Position numbers and translations under genes: made by a program. From Octopus bimaculoides (taxonomy: Eukaryota), in the NCBI RefSeq assembly GCF_001194135.2, contig NC_068983.1:101518571-101582570 (forward strand): 64,000 nt of DNA, read 5' to 3'. Within the stretch, counting starts at the first letter, position 1. Every line of letters begins with the position of its first letter. This document shows positions 51,801 through 64,000 of the stretch, piece after piece. The notes beneath the pieces were generated by a model. The model was not told the origin of the DNA. It saw only the letters and a program-made list of their open reading frames with translations, and made no database searches.

Positions 51801-54800
51801 TTGGCATTAGGAAGGGCATCCAGCCAAAAAAATCATGCCAAGACAGACAGTGAAGCCTGGTGTATTCTTCTAGTTAGCCAGCTCCTGTCAGACCATCCAA
51901 CCCATGCCAGCATGGAAAACAGACGTTAAATGATGATGTCTTAGTCACATCTTTGACCTGATAGTGTTATCTCACAAAACTTTCTAGACATAAAATCTAT
52001 TAGTCCTTCTCTACAGACTTTAATAGTTTCATAGCCATCAACTTTTAAATACATTTGTTTTCTTTCTTTAATTATATTTTTGGTATGATTTTGTCTGAGA
52101 AACAAAGAGAGTACCAATGACACCTTTCCAAGGTCTCCAAGAGTGAACCAAAGATATGACCTGAAAGCTTACAACAGTCTATGCTCTTCTTAAATCAGCC
52201 AAGAGCCAGTTAGTGGTGTTAAATTGAGCAACAAATTTATTCCTGAATTACTGCTTGTCGTCATTGAATTGCTATATTGCTCTTAAGAATTAAATTTCAA
52301 GAATCAGCTGAAAAAGTAGGTTAACAAGTGAGATAGAAAACACAAACATTACAATTTTAATTCTTTACTGCATATGGTATAATACTACGAGTACATTAAA
52401 TAATTTTCTGTATGAATTCTGTTGTTGTGCCCATGTCAGCCCTGATTCAGCAGATACATGATCAAAGTCATTCCAATTATTTTCATTACTCCTGACATTT
52501 TTATTGATTTATTTTTCAGGCATAATGTATCTAGAAGTATTACTCTAATGAGTTCTTTCTTTAAGGTGCTAGGATGTAATCTGTGGGAGATATGGCTTCT
52601 TTTGGAACTGGTTAAATGACTGTGTAAATAGATTTGATATTGGCTTGACATAGATTTGATTGTTGATATATGTGAATTATTTGATATTTCTTTTCTTCCT
52701 TTAGCCACCTTGATGATAAAACATCTCAAAACTTCAGTAGTGGTGGTTATTTTTGTCCACAGTGCAGAAGTAAATATTGTGAACTTCCTGTTGAATGCAA
52801 AGCTTGTGGTCAGTATAATTTAGATTTTTACCAAAAACTGGGACAAAATTGTGAAATTTTCTCTCAGAATTCTGAATCAAATTAAATACTAATTAACAAT
52901 GCACGTATTCCTATTATTGTCCTGACATCCCAAGTTAAAATTCTATCTGAGATGAATGATTTTCTTTTTGATCATGAAATTCAAGAAATTTTAAAATCCA
53001 AGTAATTTTCTGAAAAACAGAAAAAAATGTTAATAGTTGTGATGATGATGTTCTTCATATAATTTGAATTTTTTGTTTCTTTCAAAGTGCCAAGTGAAAA
53101 CTTAATTCAGACCAAATGAAAATTGATACTCATTAGTTTTTTTACAATGGCATATTACAATCATAATCATTTGTTTCTTTAATGTAATTAGGATATCACC
53201 ATATATTAAGATATTCTTTTTAACATATATATTTTCAGCTTTAACTTTAGTGTCAGCCCCTCATTTGGCTCGTTCATACCATCACTTATTTCCACTTGCT
53301 AATTTTAAGGAAGTAGTAGCAACAGAAGCTGTCAGTGATAAACCTCAGTAAGTTTATTATTATCATAATTATTATCTCTTTATCACAGGTTTTGTTGAAG
53401 TTCCTGGAGTCTTGCATGCATAGCGGGCTTACTACCTACAGTCTACGGTACCATGCTATTTGTTCTTTTCAGCAATTTAATACTTTCCTGATTATTCTGG
53501 CTGTGCCAAGGAGGCAAGCCTTTTGTGACAGTTCTACTGGGCACTCTATTCTAATTTCCTTTATATTCCTCTTGATGCCTTCTAATACTGTTCCCAAGGA
53601 CCCAACAATAATTGGCACTGTTATTATTATTATCATTAAGGCAGCCAGCTGGCAGAATCATTAGCATGCTGGGTGAAATACTTAGCTGCATTTCATCCAT
53701 CTTCACATTCTGAGTTCAAATTCTGCTGGGGTCAGCTTCGCCCCTCATCCTTTTGGGGCTGATAAAATGTATTGGGGTCAATTTAATCAGCTTCCCCTTC
53801 CCCTCAAGGCTGCTGGCCTTGTGCCAAAATTTGAACCGTTATTATTATCATTGGCTCTAAAGTGTACATGTTTGTTCTTTTGCTCTGAAGCTACACTATA
53901 TTTATAGCATTAACAAATGAAATTCTCTTTGGAGTATTTGCTAAAAAGGATTATATTGCTCTGACAAAAGCTTACTATCAAAATGATAGTTTATTTTTAT
54001 AGATCTTTTCATATTTAAGTGCACGACTTGTTCACTTTCAATATGGCCACCAATTGTAAATACACAATAGGACAAAACCTTGCAACTGCTAACAAGGAAA
54101 ACACACAAACAACAAAATACATGAATGAAAAAAGGAAGTAAAAAAAGGGAACATATAAATGAACAATTAATTGATAAAGATATTTTAAATAGTCTAAAAA
54201 GGAAATTTGAAGACAGTTCTGACATTTGACTTTAAATTGGCCATACAGTATCTGTGTTAAAGCTAATCTTGTCTTCAATGAGAAACAGAACAAACGAATG
54301 CTTTAGACTTAAGACTGTTCCAAAGAAGAATACTTGAAAAAATTTTGTATGATTAAACATTGTTTCTTTGTTACATGATTTTTTCCAACAGAGATTGTGC
54401 TTTAGAAAAGATAGCACTGGACTAAATCTACCCTGATGACAGAAATTACAATTTCGGAAGAAATCTTCTCAACTGAAAATGAAAACAATTTGCTGCACTT
54501 TGAAAACCAAAGACTCATCCAAAATGCAGGCTGAAATTGTTGGACATGCTTCCACCCATACATTTGTGTCTCAATACAGGGGACTAAAAAATACAAGAGT
54601 GATGATGAGAGACACTGGAATTGATGTATATATGTGGTTGACCATCACTTTATATTGCAGTTTAGGCAAGAAGTTTAAAGAGAGTTAAAAAGAGGCAACA
54701 TGTGGTCAGTGCAGTGTCAAAATGGATTTGTAAGTTCTAATGACTGCCTATGACCACACAGCCTTACCAGGACTGGCTAGTTGAGGGTGTCAAGACAAGA

Positions 54801-57800
54801 CATGAGATTGACGATAAAGAGCACAAGGCTTAGCTGCTATATTTGCTGTAGTAAAAATCACTTCAAAGCGTTTTGCCCTGAAGAATTTGAAAGACTGGAC
54901 AAGAAAAGAAAGTAATAGACCTGCCAGGGGAACAGCAAGGGCATTAAATACATTTCCAGAGTGTCATCAATCAAAATTCTGGGAATGGCAAAAGAAATTT
55001 TTTTATGCCAAATTTTCAAAACAAGCCAACAAATAGCTGCATGAAGTACCACTTCATCATGTGAAGAAGAAAAAGTAATGGTTACTGAGAGAAAGTTAAT
55101 AACTGTTGAAGAAAGCATTGAAGTGGGAAAAAAATATAAGAGGAAATCTTGAAAAGAAAAGGAAAGTCAACATGAAACAACTGTTACAAAACAACAATGC
55201 TGACCCTTCTCTGGAAATAACATGGAAGATGGAGAGGAGAGTATGATGTATAAACAAGGAGAGAGAAACACAAACGCATATATCTTCAACAAGCTTCTTT
55301 TCAGTTTCCATTCACCAAATTCATTTACAAAGCTTTGATTGGCATAGGGATATAATTGGAGACATTTGCTCTTGGTGTCATGCAGTGAAATTGAACCTGA
55401 AACCATCTGGTTGCAAAGTGAACTTCTTAACCTCACAGCCATGTTCATGGATTAAAATACAGAAAGTTATCTAAATTTCACTATTCACTAACATTTTTTG
55501 CACCATATAGAATAGTAATCTCCCTGTGTATAGTCTGACATCCACATACCTTAACATGTAAATATCACTTCATAAAGGTACCTCTATGTGGTTACTCTAG
55601 TCTGCTCAATATAATTTCCTTTTAAAAGTCTCTCTTATTATGTCTATCAATATCCTTGTTATTGTTGGGAGTTTTTGCTTCTACTCCTATTGTTGGTATA
55701 GATTGGATCATTTCTAAAGGATTTCATCTTTATTTTTACTCACTATCATTTCTCAGCTTTTCTGTAAGTTTTAGTTGTTTCATATCCATTGCCAGCTACT
55801 TGCTTTCCTCTTTATATAAAGTACTCTTTGGGAATATTTAAGATTTAAAATTCATTTATAACTTTCCATTTGCTTTAATGTTTGTTTCAGATTTTGCTAT
55901 GGTTGTCAGATTTCTTTGAAAGAAAAAAATGTGAGTAAACCTGCTTAAATATTTTCCTGTTCTTTTCTCTATTCCATGCTTGCACTCACTTATACTTTTT
56001 ATCATTAACCTCTTATTAAGAAGCACTGTGTCACTGTTTTTTTCTTCCACTATTACAACAGCTTCTTTTCATAACTTGCTAATTCTCTGTCATTATCTAC
56101 TAAACACGTTTGCCTCTCCTCTTATCAGTTTCATTTGATCTTACCTTCCAAATCCTTCACAAACACTTTACTCAATTATTCTGTCCCCTTTTTAGCTTAT
56201 GTTTTCTTGCCACCCGCTAATATAAAAAGAATAAAGACACCCATCCCTGGTCATGAATGACTATGGGGTTGCACCTAGAATGTTACCCACCAAGGTACAA
56301 GTCTAGGCAAGGTTGTTTATGAAAGACCAACAGTCACCCATGCATACCAGCCTCCGCTCACTACACCTCTGATGTTATCCAAGGGAAAAGCAAAGGTTGA
56401 TGCAGCTTCGCATCAGTAATGTCGCAACTCATTTCTACAGCTGAGTGAACTGGAGCAATGTGAAATAAAGTATCTTGCTCAAGAACACAACACACAGCCT
56501 GTCCAAGAATCGAACTCACTACCTCATGATTATGAGCCCAACACTCGAACCACTGAGCCATACACATTCAACCACTAATATACACCAATTGAAATTGAAT
56601 AGACAGGCTTAAAGAAGTTTACTACCCTTCCCTCTGAAACTAACAAATTATAAAAAGCATTATTACCATACACTTATTCTACTGATGCTCATTTTATTAT
56701 TTTACAGAATAAGTCCCCTATCACTAACATCTAAATTATTCCTAAAAATTTAATAACACTGTTAGAATGTTCATATGTACATACTAGAGCAGTTACATAT
56801 ATATTCTCTTACACTTGTGTATGATAACGTAACATACCTCACTCATCGAGCAATTGTGTTAAGACTCTGTTTGGAAACATATAAGTCTAATTACCTCAGT
56901 TTGCCTGGGTGACAAGAAATTCCATTCCGACTTTACAGTTGAGTGGTTAACAGTGGTGGGGGTTACATTCAAGCTATAATCCATCAGTATAAAAATGTTT
57001 CAAATGTAAAACTTCACAGGAAAACTATTCCATTCAAGCTAGCTGAAGAAAATGAATAGATATATGATCATCTCTTAATGTCCATTTTCCATGCTGGCAT
57101 GGGTTGGATGGTCTGACCAGAGCTGCACCAGGTTCCAGTCTGATTTGGCTTGGTTTCTATGGTTGGCTGCCTTTCCTAACACCAACCACTTTACATTGTA
57201 TAATGGGTGCTTTTAATGTGGTAGTGACATGAGTGCTTTTACGTGGTACCAGCACAAGTACTTTTTACAAGGCACTGGCACAGGACTCTTGCAGGCTAAT
57301 CCTCTTCATCAGTGGGAGCAGCTTTAACACTTTTACTATGAAGGATGGGTCTTCTCAAGTACAGCAAGGTGCCAGATATCTCAGTCCTTTATCATTTCCT
57401 CCAAAAGGTTCAGTGTCATGAGATCACCCTTCAGTACTTCCATGCTGGTATTTCTGTCATTTATGTCTCCCCTGACCATCTTCTGTCACATTGTGTTGAG
57501 TGAACAAACATATCATTGAGTAGCAAAGACTTTTTAATATTACTAGGTACAAGCAATCTTACTAGTACTAATGCCATGATAAAATACTCCCAGTACACTC
57601 TGTAAAGTGGTTGGTAAATGAGCAGAAACAGTATCATCTTGAGAGGATCCTTTAGTTTTGTTGGTGATCTGACAAACTTTTTAGTATTGGTGCCATAAGA
57701 AAATGCACTCTATAAAATGGTTTCAACAGGAAACCATAGAAATCAAGCCAAAAATGAAATGTATTTGGACAACACAGTCTTTTGCCTCTTGTACAAGAGC

Positions 57801-58080
57801 ATTAACTTGGAACTAGCTTGGACCATAATGATCCCTCCAGTCCATGCCAGCATGAATAGAGGATGTAAAGTGAGATGAAGGATGGTGTGTGTGTGATTTA
57901 TGTACACTGTATGATTTACATTATTTTTTGTACCTTTTTTAGATATATATTTGTACCAAATGTGACCAGAACTTTTGTATAGATTGTGACTTGTTTGCTC
58001 ATGAAACCTTACACTGTTGTCCTGGCTGTTCCTCATCACGTTCAACCCAACAGATAGGATTAATGGAATCTTTCACATAA
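32326..58080 (+). CDS. GTF2H2: General transcription factor IIH subunit 2 (p44/Ssl1), complete, 14 coding exons, 403 aa
   Basis: Exons 32326-32381, 34046-34160, 38262-38348, 40266-40371, 43333-43438, 46242-46332, 47129-47216, 47641-47717, 48547-48577, 49494-49557, 52705-52808, 53239-53347, 55891-55930 and 57943-58080 sum to 1212 nt, all GT-AG and in phase. Motifs: [21 protein letters not shown] and [10 protein letters not shown] (vWA), [19 protein letters not shown] (C4), [36 protein letters not shown] (RING-like). Confidence 0.98.
33264..33827. mobile_element. Fold-back MITE with 27-bp perfect TIRs, 8-bp TSD and central telomere-like repeats
   Basis: TIR GGCGATCTTACGATACCAGTACCAAAG 33264-33290 / 33801-33827; TSD TGTAGGAC 33256-33263 and 33828-33835; nested inner inverted repeats 33431-33449 / 33574-33592. 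Confidence 0.9.
34046..34160 (+). CDS. GTF2H2: GTF2H2 coding exon 2
   Basis: [11 protein letters not shown]...NVRLGM; donor GTAAGT. Confidence 0.95.
36720..36930 (+). mobile_element. Second tRNA-derived SINE family (family B)
   Basis: gagctggcagaatcattagc...ttctgagttcaaattctgcc...gactttg..tttcatcc. Copies at about 33046-33250, 36945-37130, 44080-44260, 47990-48280 (minus) and 53640-53845. Confidence 0.85.
37835..38212 (+). mobile_element. Family A SINE
   Basis: Same head, core and tail as 841-1260; ends about 50 nt before the GTF2H2 exon 3 acceptor. Confidence 0.88.
38216..38257 (+). repeat. T42 homopolymer serving as the polypyrimidine tract of GTF2H2 exon 3
   Basis: 42 consecutive T followed by GCAG|ATG. 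Confidence 0.9.
38262..38348 (+). CDS. GTF2H2: GTF2H2 coding exon 3
   Basis: [29 protein letters not shown]. Confidence 0.96.
38898..39754. repeat. Long inverted repeat: 381-bp arms, 95-bp spacer
   Basis: 38898-39278 is the reverse complement of 39374-39754, with 5 mismatches and no indels. Confidence 0.97.
40266..40371 (+). CDS. GTF2H2: GTF2H2 coding exon 4
   Basis: [35 protein letters not shown]. Confidence 0.96.
40420..40620 (-). mobile_element. Hammerhead-SINE family copy B (internal deletion after CTGATGA)
   Basis: Minus strand has the tRNA-like head (gggCTACTAAcc, AAGTTCAATC), the shared body, then ccagaacaa CTGATGA joined directly to the tail acaacaatcaagatgg. Confidence 0.75.
40895..41190 (-). 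mobile_element. Family A SINE, 5'-truncated
   Basis: Reverse complement of the family A core and tail. Confidence 0.8.
41683..42360 (+). mobile_element. Hammerhead-SINE family copy C, split inside the ribozyme core by a younger SINE (41836-42245)
   Basis: ...ccagaacacCT [minus-strand SINE] TGAaggctggagcgtacatcagccagaacgttgtgataacaac... plus the family tail. Confidence 0.8.
41836..42245 (-). mobile_element. Family A SINE, full-length young copy
   Basis: Near-identical by eye to the reverse complement of 841-1260. Confidence 0.9.
43087..43269. mobile_element. piggyBac-like MITE upstream of GTF2H2 exon 5
   Basis: Homologous to 14513-14730; TTAA on the left, tTTAA on the right. Confidence 0.75.
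43333..43438 (+). CDS. GTF2H2: GTF2H2 coding exon 5
   Basis: [10 protein letters not shown]...[17 protein letters not shown]. Confidence 0.95.
43513..43729. mobile_element. piggyBac-like MITE downstream of GTF2H2 exon 5
   Basis: Homologous to 14513-14730; TTAA on both sides. Confidence 0.78.
46242..46332 (+). CDS. GTF2H2: GTF2H2 coding exon 6
   Basis: [30 protein letters not shown]. Confidence 0.96.
47129..47216 (+). CDS. GTF2H2: GTF2H2 coding exon 7
   Basis: [29 protein letters not shown]. Confidence 0.96.
47641..47717 (+). CDS. GTF2H2: GTF2H2 coding exon 8
   Basis: [26 protein letters not shown]. Confidence 0.95.
48547..48577 (+). CDS. GTF2H2: GTF2H2 coding exon 9 (31 nt)
   Basis: [10 protein letters not shown] + G; tttcag acceptor, GTAAAA donor. 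Confidence 0.92.
49494..49557 (+). CDS. GTF2H2: GTF2H2 coding exon 10
   Basis: [22 protein letters not shown]. Confidence 0.93.
52705..52808 (+). CDS. GTF2H2: GTF2H2 coding exon 11
   Basis: [34 protein letters not shown]. Confidence 0.96.
53239..53347 (+). CDS. GTF2H2: GTF2H2 coding exon 12
   Basis: [25 protein letters not shown]... Confidence 0.96.
53350..53621 (-). mobile_element. R4/Dong-like (RLE-clade) non-LTR retrotransposon 3' end
   Basis: Uninterrupted [50 protein letters not shown]-stop (53469-53621), matching the C-terminal IPIVIGALG...QKA.LLGTA.I.RKVL pattern. Confidence 0.75.
55891..55930 (+). CDS. GTF2H2: GTF2H2 coding exon 13 (40 nt)
   Basis: [13 protein letters not shown]; tttcag acceptor, GTGAGT donor. 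Confidence 0.93.
56210..56560 (-). mobile_element. Third tRNA-derived SINE family
   Basis: tRNA-like head (tggctcagtgg, gagttcgattc) followed by gtgttcttgagcaag...cactcagctg; degenerate relative at about 4465-4740 (+). Confidence 0.75.
57943..58080 (+). CDS. GTF2H2: GTF2H2 last coding exon
   Basis: [29 protein letters not shown]...MESFT-stop (TAA 58078-58080). Confidence 0.96.
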   Translation: MYICTKCDQNFCIDCDLFAHETLHCCPGCSSSRSTQQIGLMESFT

Positions 58081-58110
58081 TCTATTTCATTGCAAACATC
58101 CATATCAGTG

Positions 58111-58116
58111 AATAAA
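58111..58116 (+). terminator. Candidate polyadenylation signal for GTF2H2
   Basis: First AATAAA, 31 nt after the stop; the hexamer is common in AT-rich DNA, so use is unproven. Confidence 0.4.
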
Positions 58117-59929
58117 CTGTGAAATCTATTTTTATAATAGTCTCTTCTTGTTATTGTTTTCCATTCTTGCAAGTATTGAAATTTTGGTGGAGCAATCCAA
58201 ACCATGTTAAATGATTGTAAAAACAGATCATTCATCATTTCATACATAAAGGAAGAGAAATATATTCAGTTTCATGTTGCCTCTGTGTGTAAGAGGGGAT
58301 TGTTGAACTACTTTTGCACAGCAGTCCCATAATGTTGGCTAGATGATGTATCTTTTCCTTTTAATTATTTCAGCCATACTGAGACACTACTATGAAAGAT
58401 TTTAGTTAAGCAAATTGACTCCAGCACTTTTTTCCTATTTTTTTCTTTTTAGAGAAGTTTTGGTACTATCAGTCTCTTTCACTGAATCACTAAGTTACAT
58501 GGATGTAAACAAACCAACACCAGTTGTCAAGTGATGGGGAGGGTGACAAACACACACACATATAAAATATAATTAAGATTTGTTTGAGTTAGGTACTTAA
58601 ATTAAGGCACCTTGCTAGATCAATCTAATTTACACTACATTTATGAAAAATCTTAATATTTCTCTTATATCTTATCAAAATTTTAAGTGTAACTTCTAGC
58701 CTTCATCTATATATTTAATTATATTTTGCTTAACATTATAAATATGCCAAGTTACAATGTGCTCCTTTCCTTATTCTCTGAACTTATCTTCCACCCCTAA
58801 TTTCTAATACATATTCCTTTAGTTTTTCATTACCTTCCCCTTTAAAATGACAATCAAAATAAGTATCATTAGTTCTTATCCTTCTTTCTTCCAATTATCA
58901 CCCCTTCCCCATCAGGCATTCCCCTTTTTTACCACCCCAAGCCTTACCTTTTGTTGTAGAAAAGCTGGATATAATGTTCCAGTACTTAGATAGTCTAGTA
59001 GGTTGTCATGATATTAATTAATTTATCACCTTTGTCTAGAATACAGCTACAACTCCTAAAAGATTTAATTTTGGATGATTGAAGACTACATTCCCCCTAT
59101 TGTCTTCAAAGTGTAGGTAACTAGGTCACTACTCTCAATTATTCCTCCCCACCCCCATAACTTCTACTAACCACTAAATTCTAGTAGCTTTGACACTACG
59201 TAGACTATTTTCTAAACTCATTCTGCCAAAGATATACCAGCAGAATCAATGTAAATATTTGAGCTCTGCTGGTGATACAAATATGTTAAAACAGTTGGTT
59301 TGCCCTTTGTATTTGAAGTCCGTGTAGTCATCTGTTGAAAATGGTTTCTCTTCAATGATGTAATGTTTTCATTAATCAATTAAAGGAGTCACTTGAAACA
59401 GCTGTAATGAACTGACACCTGTACATCTTTGTTTCTCATTTATATATATATATAATATGTTAGAGGACAAAGGACAACAAGAACCAAGGCAGGACAGGTA
59501 TCTCAAGTCATTTAGAATATTTAATTAGGGTAAGGTGAATTTGAAATATTACAGCTGTTTCTGGCATATCCCAAGTGATAGGCTAGCATGTCCATACACT
59601 GGGTATTCCATTATCAGAGACAAGCCCAGTATGTATGAAAGATCTAGACAGGGAAATTCACAGTTTATAAGCAATAAAATAGTAGATAGAAGAATAAAGA
59701 ATAAAACAGTAGATAGAAGAATGCAGACAGGAGAATAAAGTTTACAACTCATCTTCTTACAGAGGGTATGTAGGTTGGTCCATACTTCCGTGAAGGTATA
59801 GGCTGTTAGGTATAAATAATTCCAGGTAGACCCAAGCTGTAAGTTCATGTTGAAAGAATAAAGTTAAGTGGTTAGCTAATATGAAAATGGTCCATGTGGG
59901 TATATAGAGTGAGATAGACAGATATGGGT

Positions 59930-59962
<33 letters not shown>

Positions 59963-62900
59963 GCATATGCACAAGGCATTAGTCAACCCAGAGCTATAGT
60001 AGAAGATTATTTGCCCAAGGTACCATGCAGTGGAACTGAACCTGAAATTACGTGGTTGCAAAACAAGCTTCATAATCACACACCCATGTTTGTGCTTGTA
60101 TCAAGAATTTTTAATAATGGTTTTCTTTTGAGTAAACTCTTATCCAGTTTTTATTAAGGAAAGATATACAGTGCATTAAGCTGATCTTAACATCTCACTG
60201 GTACTTTTATTGACTACAGAGATGAAAGTGAAGCAGATCCCAGCAAATAAGAATGTAGAATTATAAAGCACCAAACTAGATGCTTTAACAGAAGCAATTC
60301 AGACAATGACACTATTAAAAAGTATCTTAATGACCAACCATTTGGAACATTTGATATTGGGAAAATTCTTGCAAACATTCAATTTAATAAATCAATATCA
60401 CCAGAAAATATTTGATTCATTAGAGACCTGGAATAGTATTTACCATTTGTGCTGAGACATTCTTTTTTTAAAAATGATGTAATGATGGTGACCAAAATGT
60501 ACTGAAATATGACATGTGCACATATATCATACAGACACGCATATCAACTATATAGCAGAAAAAAACATTAAAGCACCATATAAATAATATAATAGCATAC
60601 ATATATAAAAAAATGGAAGAAATTACAGATTAATAACAACTCTACTGTTAATGTAGGTAATACATATTTAATCAATATACTTGTTTAGTCTGGTAGCCAC
60701 ATTTTCTTCCATTTTATAGTGAGCAGTGAGTGATTGGCAAAACTTTAAGCTATTACATACAGTTTGCTCTTCACTCAAGACAAAATCTCAACTATAGTTG
60801 CCATGAATTGAGATATACATCCTCCTACTAAATATATACTTGTTCACCTTGGGAAAATTTCTTAATCTTGGTATGTAAACAGTTATTAATTTCAGTTTCA
60901 CTTTAATGAGTATTTGTAATTCATAGACTTTCTTTGTGAGATTTGTTCTTTTCATAATGGGCATATTAATTTCCATATGGAAGTGTCCCCATATGCAAGT
61001 AATGTCAAATTTTGAAAGTTCAAAGTGTTTATTACTTTCACCATAGATCTCTTGGTTTACTTCTACTCCAATCCAACATTTTATTCTATTTTAGTTTTAT
61101 AACTTACTACCTTATCATTAACTGATGATACAACCATTGCCATTGTATCAATATGGCCTTCATGCATAAATAACTCTGTCTCATCCTCGAAAGGATTCAA
61201 CTGAATTTTCTCAGTATATATAAAGATAAGAAATGTTTTTCCTGACAAACTGATCTTTTCATTTCAAATTATCTTGATAAGAAACAAATTTCAGAGTTCA
61301 ACAAACAGGCTTCCTCATGTAGCATTGTGATGTAACTACTAGCAAACAAAATCCCAGTCTATTGCTATTAAAAAGAATTCCAAGAGAAGATTTACTCTAA
61401 AACTTTTTTACTTCAAAATGTTCCGATGAAATTTCCTCTTAGGAATTTAGGTGTTCCTTGAATATTCTTCCTTTAAATCTCAGCTGTTTGTGGACAATAA
61501 ATAACAACCATGAACTTTTTTTACTACCATAACAAAACACTCTCTGGACATAACAAGAGCTAAACTCCTCTAGTTACAAATGCAATGTCTCAAAATCTCT
61601 AACACACTTTTATAATAATCAGACATCTGTAAAATTGCTAAAACTGTATTCCAAAGATTAGGCTTCACTCCAGAATTGCAAACTACCAAACCAAAACGGT
61701 TTGCTTTTACATGTGATTTCCCATGGTAACCCTTGCATTTATTTATTAGGCTTGTAAGGGATCTTTTATCCTTATCCCACACAACTCTGATGGTGTAAAA
61801 CCAGGGTGTTACTTATTTGTCAACAGGGAAAATAACAACATCACTGCTTGTAGCTCAGGGATTTTTGTAGAAGCATAAATATAAACAAATACAGACATAT
61901 GAGCTTGCACTCACACATACCTACATACATACAACAGGCTTCCTTCAGCTACCATGTACCAAATCCACACAAGCATTTGGTGAACTTTCCCACTAAATAA
62001 TTCTGCCAAGGGTTCTAGAATATTTAAGTGAATATTATAAAACCTGAGATATTGAACTCCCAAAGAGAACAGCCTCAGGTACTACAGAACTTTGTTGGTC
62101 AGTTTTGTCACAGGGTGAGCAATTTTCAAATAAATAACTAAAATATTTTATGTGATGAAGATTTGTAATTATCATATTCATTATCTCATATGTGCTGTTT
62201 TATTCAAATAATTGTTGCATATATGTAAATGCAAATATTTCCATAAAAAATATGGTAACTTACAGAAATGTTAATTTGGTCATTCTGACATTCACATGCA
62301 GCCTGCCTAATATTGTGTACTGCCAATGACATGTTAATGACTAAGACCCACAAGAATGTTGACCTAGTAAATTGGTAAAACCTGTGTCTATACTAACTTA
62401 AATGGTGACCATGACAAACCATTTACAAATGCTAACTTGAATGAGTTTCACTCAACAAGCCAATGACTACAGAAGTAATTTTCTCATCAATACCAACACT
62501 TATTATAATACTGCATCTGATGTGTTTCCATATAACCACAGTAAATAATGGCATTTCACTGCTATTTCTACCCAGTTCTCAATAACCCTTTTTCTTGTGC
62601 ATTGGTAGAAAATATTTTTATAACCTATCAAATTGGCATTTTCCACTACATATTCCAGTCATTTGTTTCATCAATGCTATACTGTGAGCTTATATAAAAA
62701 AATTCCTTGTAATGTCTTCTTCAATTAGGTGACTTCTTCACATTCCAACTGCACAAACATCTGTATTTTTCTCAATATCTCCTTAGACTTCTATAGACAT
62801 TACATAAACTTTCACATTCTTATAATTTCTCTGATTTAAAATAACAAACATTGAATATGGACAGTTTGTCATTTTGATGTCGTTTGTTTCTCGTGTACAC

Positions 62901-64000
62901 CTTTCCCTTTTGTATTTTGCATTTTAAATAATTTTGAATTTGTTTATGTTTTAAATTCTTACTTTATGCACACATACATACTTTGTCTCGTGAACATAAA
63001 TACCTTTCTTTGTGAGGATTTAACTTGTCTTCTCTATCTCTGTTTGTATACTATTTTTTATACACTTCTACCAGCACACTACATTTCATTATGTTGACAG
63101 TAGTTTTTGCTCTGCAATGTCTTGCTCACCTCATGATGATAAATACATAAAACAAAAGGCATTGTTATGTTCAACTTTCTGCAGAATGCCTCATTTTGGG
63201 CTTAAAATCCCACATGTGGCTGGTGAACAATTTATGTGCTTATGTGTTTTCTTGGTGTCTTATTCCCTGCTGCAATATACACACCATTCATTATGCACAT
63301 ATATCACACTCTGTTCTGTTGCTTTGCAATGGATTTCACAATCCATTTTTGACATAAATGTTTCTATTTTCTAAGAGTACTTGAATTATTCTGCATGTTT
63401 GTTTGGACTTATGCACTCTTACAACAAACATGCATGCATTCTGTTACACACATGTACAGTACTGTTGTTTCTACATATATTTCAACCCTAAACTATAATT
63501 CCTGCACATTTCACATTCATTTTGCTAGCACATCCATCATGTCTTTTTTCAGCTTGTATTTGTTTTCATGTTCTACCTGCTAATTTTTTTTTTATGTAAC
63601 ACACACATACACGCACGCACAAACACACACACACACACCTTTGTTCTGTTTGTTTTATAACAAACTCATCGCAAGAAGATGCCTGAAGCAAGGTTCCTGC
63701 TAAATTCTGAAACATCTCACTCAGATCCCCAGTTTAGAACCATGGTCCAACTGCATTGCCATAGAAAATAAATGTCAGCTACAAGGAATTAACTGTCCTA
63801 CCAGAAGTGGCATTAATGCCTATGTGAACATGATTCAGCCTATCAGATCAACTGCCTTATAATTAAATAGTAGAAAACTATTTAATAAATCTTCTACTAA
63901 TTAAATTAGTCTTCTATTAATTAAATTTTATGAATTTTCCCACCAAACAGTTTCTGCCAAAGGTTCTAGAAATTTTCACTATATGTCAAAAAAGCTAGGA

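Noticed and set aside
53239-53241. Ala instead of Gly at the CKAC-A-LTL exon junction of GTF2H2
   Set aside because: This is not a zinc ligand, and as I recall the position varies (yeast Ssl1 differs); splice sites are unambiguous.
63680-63730. CTGAAGC...GAAACATC hammerhead-like string
   Set aside because: Core A9 is altered, stem II is poor and there is no stem I complementarity; at best a very decayed PLE end.

Overview
AT-rich eukaryotic (metazoan) DNA. The SINE families and dense microsatellites point to a coleoid cephalopod, probably Octopus (inference, not proven). Two intron-rich housekeeping genes lie head-to-head. On the minus strand is the 5' part of OPA1 (mitochondrial dynamin-like GTPase): 8 phase-consistent coding exons from ATG 29041 to 1300, with the GTPase core running off the left edge, plus an extra 539-nt acidic open exon ending in a stop (15267-15805). 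On the plus strand is a complete GTF2H2 (TFIIH p44): 14 coding exons, 32326-58080, 1212 nt, 403 aa. Introns are packed with SINEs, MITEs with verifiable TSDs, and decayed CR1, RTE, R4/Dong-like and Gypsy fragments. Most ORF-track entries are spurious. The best leads are: (1) a tRNA-headed SINE family with a minimal type I (dimeric) hammerhead ribozyme and Penelope-like inverted ends, in three copies; (2) a 381-bp, 98.7%-identical fold-back duplication in a GTF2H2 intron; (3) a candidate GTPase-less OPA1 isoform with an 11-aa repeat; (4) a 5S rRNA-headed SINE-like element. All alignments and translations were done by eye; no database searches were run.
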